A stretch of 64,000 nucleotides of DNA from Eledone cirrhosa. Lineage: Eukaryota. A program made the position numbers and the translations under genes. The stretch spans positions 4,030,001-4,094,000 of the forward strand of contig OZ024743.1 of the NCBI GenBank assembly GCA_964016885.1, read 5' to 3'. The notes beneath the pieces were generated by a model. The model made no database searches. It was not told where the DNA came from and was given only the letters and a program-made list of their open reading frames with translations. Shown here in pieces: positions 49,179 to 61,000 of this stretch. Position 1 is the first letter of the stretch. Each line of letters starts with the position of its first letter.

Positions 49179-50553
49179 AATCTGTCTCCAGTTGTGATAG
49201 GCCGGGGAGTGGAAAATCCTCCACAGTCGTTAGTTTTGGTTGTGGTGTGGTGGATGGTGTAGGCGCTGGTGCTAGTTCTGAAGCGTTGGGTGGTGGTGGT
49301 GTTGGTTTTGCTGGTGGTGGTAGTGGTGTTGGTTTTGCTACTGTTGCTGGGGTTGTTGCTGTTATAGTTGCTTCTGTTGTTGCTGCTACAGTTGTTCCTG
49401 CCATCTCTGCTACTGGTGGTGTTGATGGTTGTGTCACTGGGGTGGGTAGGAGAGGCGGCCTCAACCTTTTAGCCTGAGGGCAGAAAGCCCTTAGGTGGGT
49501 TCCTTCATCACAAACGACACACCTAGCTCTTCTGCCCTCGACAATTACCGTGAGGTGGCTGCCGTCAGTGAGGTCTATTACCTCTGGGATCTCCTCAATG
49601 CTTTTTTGGTCCGCTTGGATCAGGAGCTCCATCCCAGATCCGGACCAGTTTTCCTGCTTTTCTTTTGCTACTGCTATTATTTTCGTGTTGGCTTCGATGC
49701 CGGCGAGGACAGCCGCTATTAGCCAGGGAATTTCAATGGCCGGTGGAACGTGGGTCACCCTGATCTTTACGAGTCTCTGGCCACAATAGCTTGGGACGAG
49801 TGTGAGGTCGTCACTTTTTAATGGGGCCATGGAGTGTTCTCTAGCCTCCTCTGATGTTTCAAAGAACACATCCACGGTTCCATACTTTTGCCCACGTCTG
49901 ATGTGGGTTTTTCTTGCCCACACATGTCTCAAAGCTTTTTGGATTTGGGACTCGGATGCCCGTTCCACTCGGCGCGATTTTACATTTATTGTTCTATACG
50001 ACACGGTGCACAGGCGCCGATGCTCCATTTTATTAGGTGGGGGGGTGAGGCTGACCCTGTACCCATCTTTCTTTACCATTTGTTTGGCATTTTCTAAATC
50101 TTCTTGAGTTACCGTGAACGCTTCGAATTGTTTTGCTACGATGGCGAAACTGAGGGTCAGTTTTATAATGTCATTGTTGTTGCTATCGTTAATATTAATT
50201 TTATTTTCAGTTGTGGTGGTGGTGACGTCAGTCGTCTTTGGTGGGGAAGAGTCCATTTTGCTTGATTTCATTTCGACGTCACGAGTTAATTTATTTTTTT
50301 CTTCTTTTGTTTCTGTTGTCGCGGTGGTGGTGGTGGTTGTCGCGGTGGTGGTGGTGGTGGAGGGTTTAACACCTGCAGTCATTGGTAATGGCGGGAAATG
50401 AATGTCTGCCTGAGACAAATTTAAAATATTGCTACTGCTTATATTTTTTTTTGTGTTGGCAAACGTAGTAACATTTACAATGGTGGTGTCGGTGTGAGGT
50501 GTTATTTTGTGAGGAAGGCTTTCAGCTGCTTCGTGCAGAGGGGAATTAGCCAT
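49081..50553 (-). CDS. ORF1 protein (Thr/Asn-rich N-terminus, probable RNA-binding core, single CCHC zinc knuckle, Pro/Thr-rich tail)
   Basis: 490 aa open frame; CVVCDEGTHLRAFC is CX2CX4HX4C; lies upstream of the APE-RT ORF. Confidence 0.88.
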   Translation of the reverse strand: MANSPLHEAAESLPHKITPHTDTTIVNVTTFANTKKNISSSNILNLSQADIHFPPLPMTAGVKPSTTTTTATTTTTTATTETKEEKNKLTRDVEMKSSKMDSSPPKTTDVTTTTTENKININDSNNNDIIKLTLSFAIVAKQFEAFTVTQEDLENAKQMVKKDGYRVSLTPPPNKMEHRRLCTVSYRTINVKSRRVERASESQIQKALRHVWARKTHIRRGQKYGTVDVFFETSEEAREHSMAPLKSDDLTLVPSYCGQRLVKIRVTHVPPAIEIPWLIAAVLAGIEANTKIIAVAKEKQENWSGSGMELLIQADQKSIEEIPEVIDLTDGSHLTVIVEGRRARCVVCDEGTHLRAFCPQAKRLRPPLLPTPVTQPSTPPVAEMAGTTVAATTEATITATTPATVAKPTPLPPPAKPTPPPPNASELAPAPTPSTTPQPKLTTVEDFPLPGLSQLETDCDDEEWETISGKKKKKKFSSFPLQKQNTEGNK

Positions 50554-50762
50554 TTTTTTTCAGAGAAATTTTTGGATAATAATAAAAGTTAAAATTTTGG
50601 GCACAAGGCCCCAATCTTTTTGGGTGTCCTTTTCGGAAAACAATGTATGTGTGCTTATAAACAGTTTACAATAAAATTTTCCATAAATGGTAATTTTTAA
50701 ACAAACGGAAATAACAAACCTTTACGGAGCTCACGATAATACGATTTCCTACGTAGGTCGCC

Positions 50763-50818
<56 letters not shown>

Positions 50819-50820
<2 letters not shown>

Positions 50821-51954
50821 TCTACATATCTAATATCTAAGGGAATCACATGATTGGATGATCAAACTCGTTTTGAAACACGAAAGCATCAAAAGATCAT
50901 ATTCCATTACAAAAGATGCACAAAGATACAGTAATGGACTACAAATTTCAGAAGTCCCATTTACTGCTGAAATGGAAAACACAGAAAAAGCAAAGCAGGT
51001 AAAAGTAACTGCAAAGAAAGAACTGCTACAGAAACTGGCTAAGAAATGGCAAGAAAAGCCTCTGTATGGAAAATACCCAGAGCGAGCTAACAATCCTGAT
51101 GTTGACAAAACTTTAACCCATCAGTGGTTGGCATCCTCTGGACTGAAATGGGAGACTGAAGGACTGATTATATCGGCACAAGATCAGTGTCTGCCAACAA
51201 AAAATTACCAAGCCAACATAATAAAAAATGGGTGCAGCCCATTATGCCGTGTATGCAAAAAACAACCAGAGACCATTGACCATATAATTTCAATGTGCAG
51301 TCCTATAACTCCAACCGAATACCTAAACAGGCATGACAGAGCTGCACAATACATACATTGGATAATGTGTAAGCATTTTGACCTGCCCCATCAAAAGAAT
51401 TGGTGGGAGCATCAACCACCTCCCATACTTGAAAAAGATCACATCTCAATCTTGTGGAACTTTAGCATCCAAACAGACCGAAAAATAGATGCAAACAGAC
51501 CTGATATAATATTGAAAGACTTTCAAAAGAGGGTATGCCTGCTAATTGATATGTCTGTTCCAATAGACAAGAATGTATCTATAAAAACATTTGAAAAATT
51601 GAGCAAGTATAAGGACCTGGAGATAGAAATTGGAAAAATGTGGAAATTGAGAACTAAAACAATACCAGTGGTTGTAGGCGCTCTGGGAATGATACCTAAG
51701 GGGTCTAATGATTACTTATCGCAAATCCCAGGAAACCCGCGTATAGGAGAAATACAAAAGATAGTACTAATGGGAACTGCCCATATACTAAGGAAGATTC
51801 TGTCAATATAAGTACATCACAAGTCTAAACACTAAAGATGCATATGTGAATATGTATGTTATTTCTTGAACATGGCGGACCTTGTTGTCTCTTGAGGTCA
51901 CTGGTTGTGACTTGGTGATAACTCGTATGAACATAAAGCAAGATAAATGCAACT

Positions 51955-51955
<1 letters not shown>
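50819..51955 (+). mobile_element. 5'-truncated R4/Dong-like element (Dong family A)
   Basis: ORF 50858-51811 with CRVC...H...C, RHD and RPD RLE motifs; near-identical to 56859-57989; (TAA)n tail. Confidence 0.95.
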
Positions 51956-51985
<30 letters not shown>

Positions 51986-51987
<2 letters not shown>

Positions 51988-52994
51988 GACATTGCGTTGA
52001 AAACTGCAACAATTGGATTATCTACATATCTAAGGGAATCACATGATTGGATGATCAAACTCGTTTTGAAACACGAAAACATCAACAGATCATACTCCAT
52101 TACAAAAAAGATGCACAAAGATACAGTAATGGACTACAAATTTCAGAAGTTCCATCTACTGCTGAAATGAAAAACACAGAAAAAGTAAAGCAGGTAAAAG
52201 TAACTGCAAAGAAAGAACTGCTACAGAAACTGGCTAAGAAATAGCAAGAAAAGCCTCTGTATGGAAAATACCCAGAAAGAGCTAACAATCCTGATGTTGA
52301 CAAAACTTTAACCCATCAGTGGTTGGCATCCTCTGGACTGAAATGGGAGACTGAAGGACTGATTATATCAGCACAAGATCAGTGTCTGCCAACAAAAAAT
52401 TACCAAGCCAACATAATAAAAAATGGATGCCACCAATTATGCCGTGTATGTAAAAAACAACCAGAGACCATTGATCATATAATTTCAATGTGCAGTCCTA
52501 TAGCTCCAACCGAATACCTAAACAGGCATGACAGAGCTGCGCAATACATACATTGGATAATGTGTAAGCATTTTGACCTGCTAATTGATATGTCCGTTCC
52601 AATAGACAAGAATGTATCTATAAAAACATTTGAAAAATTGAGTAAGTATAAGGACCTGGAGATAGAAATTGGAAAAATGTGGAAATTGAGAACTGAAACA
52701 ATACCAGTGCCTGTAGGCGCTCTAGGAATGATACCTAAGGGGTCTAATGATTACTTATCGCAAATCCCAGGAAACCCGCGTATAGGAGAAATACAAAAGA
52801 TAGTACTAATGGGAACTGCCCATATACTAAGGAAGATTCTGTCAATATAAGTACATCACAAGTCTAAACACTAAAGATGCATGTGTGTGTATGTATGTTC
52901 TTTCTTGAACATGGCGGACCTTGTTGTCTCTTGAGGTCACTGGTTCTGACTTGGTGATAACACGTATGAACATAAAGCAAGATAAATGCAACTA
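51986..52994 (+). mobile_element. 5'-truncated R4/Dong-like element (family A) with a 156-bp internal deletion
   Basis: Matches 56825-57989. The HFDL|LIDMS junction lies at CCTGC microhomology. (TAA)n tail. Confidence 0.95.
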
Positions 52995-53022
52995 TAATAA
53001 TAATAATAATAATAATAATAAT

Positions 53023-53063
<41 letters not shown>

Positions 53064-53072
53064 TAATAATAA

Positions 53073-53915
53073 GGGAAGAAGACGCACGAGGTGGTAGAAG
53101 GTCATGAAATCGCTCCCGTAAGTTTTTGATTTTTAACATATTTAAATCAATTGTGAAATAACAATTCTTAGTACAAATGTTGCATAAACCACCGAGTCAA
53201 GTCCCATAAAATTTCGGATCCATATTGTATTGTTGTGTCACTCAAATATTCAATTTTGTATTATATATTTTGCATTCAAAAAAGAAAATGATTATAAATG
53301 GAAGAAAACACCCTCTGTCTACACTATATAGAACAGCCAAATAACAGCAATTTCACCAACACCATAAACTTGATACACCACCTACCCCATCACACTAAAT
53401 ATAACAGCCACATAACGGCAATTTCACCACCACCACCACCAATCCCAGCATCATAATAATAATTACTATTATTATTGTCTCAAGTTTTAAAAAAATGTTT
53501 AATCCCAATTTTACGGGAATATGTCAACACAATATATATTAAACATACGCGACACACACTCATATATACTACATATCACAAAACGCAGTAACGTCAACGC
53601 CACCACCGCCACCACCCCATCCATCATTGCTACCACTACCCCATCACCGCCGCCACCACTCCTTCATTGCTACCACCACTATTCCCCTGTTAACTTGAGA
53701 GAGAAAGGGGAAGGTGGCGGTATCACTAGACAAGGGAGAAGCTAGCAAAAGATATAAATAGATTGACTTAGTGACCTGGCCACCGGCCAAACGTCAACAG
53801 CAACAACTATGGCACTGCTAGCTCACCCCTTCCTCACCAACAATATAAAAATCCCCAGCACCACCACCGACATAGCCAACAACAATAACAGGCAACTTCA
53901 GCAAAAAGTATATTA
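53073..53915 (+). repeat. Orphan segment with a Tx1-like 5' start, upstream of the full-length Dong A
   Basis: Starts directly after (TAA)n with GGGAAGAAGACG...CGCTCCCGTAAGTT, the same 14-mer as the Tx1-B 5' end. ACC/AAC-rich sequence follows. Homologous to 37903-38265. Confidence 0.55.
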
Positions 53916-54060
53916 TATTATTGTAATGCACTGGGTGATTGCTGGCCTTGTGCCTGGAGTGGAGACAATTATTAATAATTTCATTCTTAAGTCACGCAAT
54001 GCTCACATTAAGGAACCACTCATGATAATAACAATTTAAAAAAAAAACAACAAAAAGAAA

Positions 54061-57000
54061 ACCCCGTGACCAAGAAATACCGGGATGGCGGCCGGCGGGG
54101 AATAGCCGTGTCTCTAGGGGAGAACGACCCCTCTAGTCTTGGTTGACACTCGTTCTAGAAGTGGTAACACGAAATGATTACCCCTTGGCGGATAAGGATA
54201 AAACGCGACAAAATAAAGTAAATGTCTAATGATAAAATCTCATACCGGCTCGGCCGTCACCCGGGTAAAAAAGGGCCGCGTCCCTCAGAGAGGAGCCAGA
54301 CTGGGGTCGAAAAATCAGCTAATGGTTCAAACCTTCCCATCACTTCGGAGCTGGAGACCTCCTATAACCGGAATACTCCTACTGTTGGCCCTCCATGCTC
54401 ACCACCAAGAAATCCAAAGAAAAAGAGAGAAAAATGGTCAAGGGAAGATAATAAAGAAGTCCTTGAGGCTTTCTACACTGCCATGTACTACCCATCAAAT
54501 ACATCGAATACAGAACAGACATATATCAACTGGAAAAAGAAACATCCCGAAAACAGAGGCTATATTGACAGCAACAAACTAGCCAATATACGAAGAAATA
54601 TAGAAAGAGATATAGAAATTGATCAGATCAAGCTATTAGCACAAAGTCAGCGAAGGGAAAATGAAACATGTGTCAGTGAAAACGAGGTAAATTGCAACAC
54701 TTCGAATCCCAGGGTTGGGGCGGAATCACTGGCAACAGAACAAATTAAAGAAAGGATCGAAAAAGTGGAGGGAGTGCATGCTCAAGATGAAAATAATGAG
54801 ATCGTAAATGATAAAGAAATGAATGAGAATGAACTTGCCAACTTGAAGGATGAAATTATGATCGAATGGATGAAAATGAAAGAATCTGACATGGGGCAAC
54901 GAGACACCCTCCCTAAGATCCAGAACTCCAAACAGAACCAAAAGATAATACACAAGACTAACATAATTCTCAAAAACATTATCATCACAAACAAACTAAA
55001 CATTACTGATTTAAATCATCTCTATTATGCATCGGCTAAAGTCACCACTCACTTATGTGGAGTGAAGATGAAAAAACAAAGGAATTCCCACAAGAAATCT
55101 ACTTGGCAAGAGAACATCAATCACCAAATAAACCTTCTCCGATCTGACATAGAAATTTTAACAAACTATAAAGTAGGTGAACATGTTAAAAAAACTAAAC
55201 TTAGAAAATTGAAAAAAAAGTACAGTATAAAATCAACAAGTGACATAGACATGCTGATAGAAATAATCAAACAAAAAGTGTCGGCCAAAGCTGCTCGTAT
55301 AAGGCGCTTTGAAAAACGATCTAGATTCTATAAGGACAATAATATGTTCAAAAACAACCAAAGAAACTTCTACAGAAAAATTGGTAAGTCAACAATAACT
55401 GCTAAATCAATACCACCCAAGGAGGAAGTGCAAGAATTCTGGGAAAAGATCTGGGCCGAAGAAAAAGTTCATAACATACATGCCCCATGGATAGACAGAC
55501 AAATGAAAGATACAGCTCACCTTGAGGAACAAATATGGGAAAATATAACAGTTAAACAGTTGCGCTTGGCTCTAAGAAAAACCAGCAAATGGAAATCCCC
55601 AGGAAAAGACATAATACAAAACTTTTGGATAAATGCCTTCACAGAGTCTCATGAGCTGTTAGCCCAACTTTACAATGAAATAGTTAAGGAGCCAGAAAAG
55701 ATACCATCATGGCTAGTTAACGGCATTACATTCCTGCTTCCGAAGAATGATGAGACAAACAATCCCAAAAATTACAGACCGATAACTTGCTTGACCACAA
55801 TGTATAACATTTTAACATCAGTCCTAACTGAATACACATATGACCACCTGACAACAAATGACCTATTTCCCATTGAGCAGAAAGGGTGTAAACGAGGCTC
55901 ATAGGCTGTAAGGATCAGCTTCTGGTTAACAAAATGATACTGGAAGATTGTCATAATAGACACAAAAATCTATCGATTGCTTGGATAGATTATAAAAAAG
56001 CATTCGATAGTTTGCCACACAGTTGGATTGAAAAATGTTTAGAGATTTTCAAAATATCCCCCGTTGTCAGGAGGTTTTTGTCATTCAGTATGAAGACATG
56101 GAAAACGACACTCCTTTTGAATAGTGAAACAAAATCACTGGAAGCTGGAGAAGTTAATATTAATTGTGGAATTTTTCAGGGTGACTCTTTATCACCGCTT
56201 TTATTCTGCATCGCACTTATACCATTAAGTAAAATGCTCAATGAAACAAAACATGGATATAAAGTCTATGACAAAACCATTAATCACTTGTTCTACATGG
56301 ATGACCTGAAACTATTTGCAAAAAATGATGAACAATTGCAAGGGCTATTATCCACTGTGGAGCAGTTCAGTGATGACATTAAAATGGAGTTTGGACTAGA
56401 CAAATGCGCCAAAGCAACGTTCACCAGAGGAAAGCTGCTGAAGAGTTCAGACATTAATCTTGATCGGGGGAACGTGATAAGAGAACTTGATCAAGAAAAA
56501 ACTTACAAATATCTAGGTGTTTGTGAAGGAGACGGAATCAAGCACTCGACAATGAGGGAAAGGATAAGGAAGGAATGTTACCGCAGAGTAAGAGCAATCT
56601 TAAGAACGGAATTGAATGCAAGGAAGAGGATCGATGCCATAAACACGCTTGCCATACCAGTAGTAACCTACAGTTACAATGTCATCAACTGGTCAAGCAG
56701 AGAGATCCATAGGCTCGATACAAAAATTCGGAAACTCTTAACCATGCACAGAATGCATCACCCTAAGGCAGATATTGATACATTATATCTCCCTAGCAAA
56801 GAAGGAGGACGTGGGTTAATCCAGTTAGACATTGCGTTGAAAACTGCAACAATTGGATTATCTACATATCTAAGGGAATCACATGATTGGATGATCAAAC
56901 TCGTTTTGAAACACAAAAGCATCAAAAGATCATATTCCATTACAAAAGATGCACAAAGATACAGTAATGGACTACAAATTTCAGAAGTCCCATTTACTGC

Positions 57001-57989
57001 TGAAATGGAAAACACAGAAAAAGCAAAGCAGGTAAAAGTAACTGCAAAGAAAGAACTGCTACAGAAACTGGCTAAGAAATGGCAAGAAAAGCCTCTGTAT
57101 GGAAAATACCCAGAGCGAGCTAACAATCCTGATGTTGACAAAACTTTAACCCATCAGTGGTTGGCATCCTCTGGACTGAAATGGGAGACTGAAGGACTGA
57201 TTATATCAGCACAAGATCAGTGTCTGCCAACAAAAAATTACCAAGCCAACATAATAAAAAATGGATGCAGCCCATTATGCCGTTTTATGCAAAAAACAAC
57301 CAGAGACCATTGACCATATAATTTCAATGTGCAGTCCTATAGCTCCAACCGAATACCTAAACAGGCATGACAGAGCTGCACAATACATACATTGGATAAT
57401 GTGTAAGCATTTTAACCTGTCCCATCAAAAGAATTGGTGGGAACATCAACCACCTCCCATACTTGAAAAAGATCACATCTCAATCTTGTGGAACTTTAGC
57501 ATCCAAACAGACCGAAAAATAGATGCAAATAGACCTGATATAATATTGAAGGACTTTAAAAAGAGGGTATGCCTGCTAATTGATATGCCCGTTCCAATAG
57601 ACAAGAATGTATCTATAAAAACATTTGAAGAATTGAGCAAGTATAAGGACCTGGAGATAGAAATTGGAAAAATGTGGAAATTGAGAACTAAAACAATACC
57701 AGTGGTTGTAGGCGCTCTGGGAATGATACCTAAGGGGTCTAATGACTACTTATCGCAAATCCCAGGAAACCCGCGTATAGGAGAAATACAAAAGATAGTA
57801 GTAATGGGAACTGCCCATATACTAAGGAAGATTCTGTCAATATAAGTACATTACAAGTCTAAACACTAAAGATGCATGTGTGAGTATGTATGTTCTTTCT
57901 TGAACATGGCGGACGTTGTTGTCTCTTGAGGTCACTGGTTGTGTCTTGGTGATAACTCGTATGAACATAAAGCAAGATAAATGCAACTG
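54061..57989 (+). mobile_element. Full-length R4/Dong-like RLE retrotransposon (family A)
   Basis: GC-rich 5' leader, single long ORF, short 3'UTR and (TAA)n tail. The 5' boundary is inferred from the end of an A-tract. Confidence 0.9.
54222..57845 (+). pseudogene. RT plus CCHC plus restriction-like endonuclease polyprotein with one nonsense codon (55902) and one frameshift (~57285)
   Basis: KWSREDN, KWKSPGKD, NYRPITC, DYKKAFDS, GIFQGDSLSPLLF, LFYMDDLKL, GGRGL, RHD, NRPDII...LID...KLSKYKDL-type motifs. Confidence 0.92.
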
Positions 57990-58011
57990 TAATGATAATA
58001 ATAATAATAAT

Positions 58012-61000
58012 GAATTCATTTATTAGCCACAAGGGCCGACATGTAGGGGACAATACAAAGACAGGGACAGTGGGGGTTTACAATAAGGTCGAGTAAAAGT
58101 GCACAATGGCAAGACTAATTTAACAATGAAAATATAAAAATATGAAATAAACTATGCATAAATATAACAAAATAAATTCCGATAGGTGGTGGACAACCCT
58201 GGGGTGACTCGGGTACCTCACGAATCCTGAACCACCCTGCGCTTCTAGGGCACACAGGGAGAGCACCCCTCTCTTCAAGTTAGCTAGCCTATAGGCGCAT
58301 GGTCAGAGTAGGCCCATTCACACGAGCCATTCTCGCCACATTCACCCACCTTTTAGCAAATGTACTGGGGGGGGGGGGGGCAGCACTTCTCTCTCCACCC
58401 TCACCTTTCTTTCCAGGTGAAACTTGAAGAAGTTGATGAGGGATTGGCCGAAGAGAAGAGTGTCTCTCTTCAGTCCTTTTAACCTGGTGTACCATATAAC
58501 CTCTTTCGCAACTGCCACCAGACAGAGGAAAATTTCCTGCTCTTCCTGACCTAAGGAAGGTGGCGGCTCGATCTTCACTATGGACTCGGCCGATAGCCGG
58601 ATTCGTTCCACACGCGACAGTAGCTGTTCGACATAACTCCACAAGTCAGTAATGCACGGACATTGGACAAGTGCGTGCAGAACGGTTTCGTCGTTCTGTG
58701 CGCATCTTGGGCAGGTCCGACTGACAGCACTTCCGTACCTGTAGAGTTTATCCCGAACCGGCAGTGCCCCCCGGTAGCACTGCCAAGCGAGGGATTTCTG
58801 GAAATTATCCAGCTTCTCCGAGTGCGTCGTCGCACTTGCCCACCACTAATCCTCTATAGAACTCGGGAGTGGAAGTTCCACTGATCGCATTGCCCGCTTG
58901 GTAGAGGGCTGTGAGTGCCTGGTAACATTCCAGCTGCCAGTCACCCAGTCTCGGTCTCTTCTTGACCCAGGACTGCAGCTCAGTCAAAGAAATGAGCTGC
59001 GGAAAGGCCCGTCTGATAAACGGCGACCACGCCTGTTCACCGTTGATGCAGAATATCTGGAGATGTCGCAGCCTCAACGCATGTCTGCGCATCATTAGCC
59101 ATGCCATGCCCAGCCCTCCGCGTAGAGGGTGCTGGCAGCAGATGGACCGCCTCACCAACGGAACTTGTCCTCTCCACAAGAATTTGAAGAGGAGCCGTTC
59201 CAACTTGACGAGGCGCGGACGGGGGCAAGGCACGACGGTCAGGCGGTAGTAGATGACGGACGCGATGCACGCATTCGCCACCTTCGCGCGACCTTTCAGT
59301 GATAGCTTCCTCCCAGCTCATTTTTGGGTGAGACTGGCTACTCTGCTCGTTACCTCGTCCCAATTCTTATCCACCTGGAGGTCTGGTCCGAACCAAACCC
59401 CTCGCAACTTTACCGGTCCGTCCGTCCAGCGCCCCACGACGCTGTTGGACGGCATGGGCTTGCCTCTCCAGGTTCCGAGCTGCAAGCCCACCGACTTTTC
59501 CGGGTTAAGTATGGCTCCTGTCAACCTTTCATATTCCTTCAATAAGGTGCCGACCACCTCGATTTCTGAGGTGTTCGACACCATACGGTGATGTCGTCCG
59601 CATAAACCGACACCGCCTTTCCACGTCCCGGTTAGAGCGGGATGCCCTGCAACAGCTCCAACTTCCGCAGTAAAGGCTCGAGAGTCAATACGTACAGAAG
59701 GGAAGAGAGAGGGCCCCCTTGACGGCCCGATCGGGAGAGCCGAATTGGTTCCGAGAGGTGGCCATTAACTTTGACCACCGAGCGTGTGCCGCTGTGCATT
59801 ACAACGATCCAGCTTCTGAAGACAGGGCCGAAGCCAGCTGCTTTGAGGACAAACTCCAGATACCGATGGTCGACCCTATCGAATGCTTCCGATTGATCTA
59901 AATTGATCAGTGCCCCACCGAATCCAGGTTTACACCCTACCCTCTCTATGATGTATCGCATGAGGTGGCGATTGTAGTGTATGGACCTGGGTGGGATTGC
60001 GGGGGAGGGGGGCGGGTAGTGGGAGAGCTTTGCTCGTTTTCCCCTTGGATTGGTTTTGGTGTTGGTGGTGATCCGGCTGTTTTTGATGTTGGTGTCCGTG
60101 TTTTTGTTGATGTTGTTTTTGGTGGTGGTGGTGGTGGTGGTGCAGCTTTCCGTGCTGACACTGGCGTTGGCAACAAAGGAAGTTTGCGACCCCCTGAATT
60201 TTTGCGCTGAAGGCAGAAGGCTTGCAGATGCGTTGCTTCCCCGCAGACGAAGCAGCGTGGCCTTCTTCCGTCAATGATTAGTTGGATTGTTGTCCCGTCA
60301 TGCAGGCGGGCAAAATCCGGGATGTTGTTCATGTCCTCCGGTTTCATTTGGAGAAGAATCTCCAAATCCATTCCGGACCAGTCCTCTCCCTCTGTCCTTT
60401 TGATATCCAGGAGGGTAGTGTCTGTCCCCTCCTCGATTACGCATCAGAGCAGCCACCATATGTTCATTCCTGGAGGGATGCTGGGAATGCGGACCTTTAC
60501 TGTCCTTTTACCCATGTAGGACGGATGCATGATAATGCGTTCCGTTCTGCAGGGGGTCACCGAGTGCTTAATAGTGAGGGCCTCGGTTTTGAGCAGTACC
60601 GAGATGGTACCGAACTGTTTGCCTCTTTCTTCATACTCTATGTTACTTCCGATACACTCCAAAGCAGCCTCGACCTCTGCTTGGCTGGCAAGTTCCACTT
60701 TTCGTGTCTGCACCTAAATGCATCGAAAGAACACCGTCCTCCTTTGCATGGCCGCTATTGCCTCGTCCGGGATGGTCAGGTTTGCCCAGGACTTCTCTCG
60801 CTTAATTATCCTCCACGCTTTGGCCAACTGTTCGTCTTTATCGCTAATATCAATATCAATATTCAATAAGCGCTTTGTTTTTGCTGCTGCTGCAGCAAAT
60901 GTCGTGTTTCTGATGCTCTTATTGTTGGTGTTGTCATTCTTGCTGTTGTTATTGGTGTTGTTGTTGTTGTTTTGTTTGTTGATGCTGTTGCCACCACCAT

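Larger units (their letters stand above)
44895..50762 (-). mobile_element. Full-length, nearly intact Tx1/L1-clade retrotransposon, family A (copy 2)
   Basis: Open ORF1, ORF1b and ORF2 (one late frameshift). (TAA)n on both sides. Confidence 0.97.

Noticed and set aside
54090-54100. GGCCGGC identical to the start of the genomic HDV ribozyme
   Set aside because: No matching P1 3' strand or P3/L3 could be placed, so the match is probably coincidental. The leader is reported only as a structured-RNA candidate.
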